32,000 nt of DNA. Origin: Pseudomonas aeruginosa. GTDB lineage: Bacteria > Pseudomonadota > Gammaproteobacteria > Pseudomonadales > Pseudomonadaceae. Shown here piece after piece: positions 31,373 through 32,000 of the stretch; within the stretch, counting starts at the first letter, position 1; the number at the start of each line of letters is the position of its first letter. The notes under the pieces are model-generated. The model was not told where the DNA came from and did no database searches. It saw only the letters and a program-made list of their open reading frames with translations. The stretch covers positions 5,100,001 through 5,132,000 of the forward strand of contig NZ_LN831024.1 in the NCBI RefSeq assembly GCF_001457615.1. Reading direction: 5' to 3'. The translations under genes were made by a program, and so were the position numbers.

Positions 31373-32000
31373 ACGGCTACGGCTGAGCGAGGAGCAGGGG
31401 CAACGCATCCTCCGTCTGTACCACCTGTACCGCCTGACCATCGGCCTGGTACTGGTCCTGCTGATCTCCAGCGAACTGGAAGATCAGGTCCTCAAGCTCG
31501 TCCACCCTGAACTGTTCCATGTCGGCAGTTGGTGCTACCTGGTCTTCAACATCCTGGTCGCGCTGTTCCTGCCGCCGTCACGGCAATTGCTGCCGATCTT
31601 CATCCTCGCGCTCACCGACGTACTGATGCTTTGCGGCCTGTTCTACGCAGGTGGCGGCGTACCCAGCGGCATCGGCAGCCTGCTGGTGGTGGCGGTGGCC
31701 ATTGCCAACATCCTGCTGCGCGGGCGCATCGGCCTGGTCATCGCGGCGGCGGCCAGCCTCGGCCTGCTCTACCTGACCTTCTTCCTCAGCCTGAGCAGTC
31801 CGGACGCCACCAACCACTACGTCCAGGCCGGCGGCCTCGGCACCCTGTGCTTCGCCGCCGCGCTGGTGATCCAGGCTCTGGTGCGGCGCCAGGAGCAGAC
31901 CGAAACGCTGGCCGAAGAACGCGCCGAGACGGTCGCCAACCTGGAGGAACTCAACGCATTGATCCTGCAGCGCATGCGCACCGGCATCCTCGTGGTCGAT
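31362..32000 (+). CDS. pilS: PilS, sensor histidine kinase controlling pilA (N-terminal part; runs off window end)
   Basis: Open frame from GTG 31362: MRAERLRLSEEQGQRILRLYHLYRLTIGLVLVLLISSELEDQVLKLVHPELFHVG... multi-TM N terminus then ...ETLAEERAETVANLEELNALILQRMRTGILVVD. Overlaps the preceding stop; absent from the ORF track because no stop lies in the window. Confidence 0.93.
   Translation, partial: MRAERLRLSEEQGQRILRLYHLYRLTIGLVLVLLISSELEDQVLKLVHPELFHVGSWCYLVFNILVALFLPPSRQLLPIFILALTDVLMLCGLFYAGGGVPSGIGSLLVVAVAIANILLRGRIGLVIAAAASLGLLYLTFFLSLSSPDATNHYVQAGGLGTLCFAAALVIQALVRRQEQTETLAEERAETVANLEELNALILQRMRTGILVVD

Overview
The window looks like a Pseudomonas aeruginosa chromosomal segment: the ampDE - nadC - pilA/pilBCD - ndh - lepBA - clpB - bamD - pilS neighbourhood. 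It is mostly dense core genome. From left to right it contains: the 5' end of a chemotaxis-transducer-like gene; ampE and ampD; a large DUF1631-type gene; nadC; tRNA-Thr; a strain-variable type IV pilin cassette (tfpO-like glycosyltransferase plus a group I-type pilA); pilB, pilC, pilD, coaE and yacG; a small cluster with a CbiM-like membrane protein and a GNAT acetyltransferase; DUF1780, MOSC and DUF3094-like genes; ndh; an AFG1/ZapE-family ATPase; a two-partner secretion pair (LepB/LepA-like) whose exoprotein carries an 11-copy 18-aa (54-bp) tandem repeat and later GLUG-like repeats; tRNA-Lys, -Pro and -Asn; clpB with a heat-shock-type promoter; a laccase-domain protein; rluD; bamD/comL; a small PP0621-like protein; and the 5' part of pilS. 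I found no CRISPR array, transposon, prophage or convincing undescribed defence system. The most interesting places are the pilin/glycosylation cassette next to tRNA-Thr with an intercistronic terminator, the 54-bp repeat array in the secreted TPS exoprotein, and a few poorly characterised conserved genes. Identifications come from recognising protein motifs and families in the supplied translations; no database search was run.
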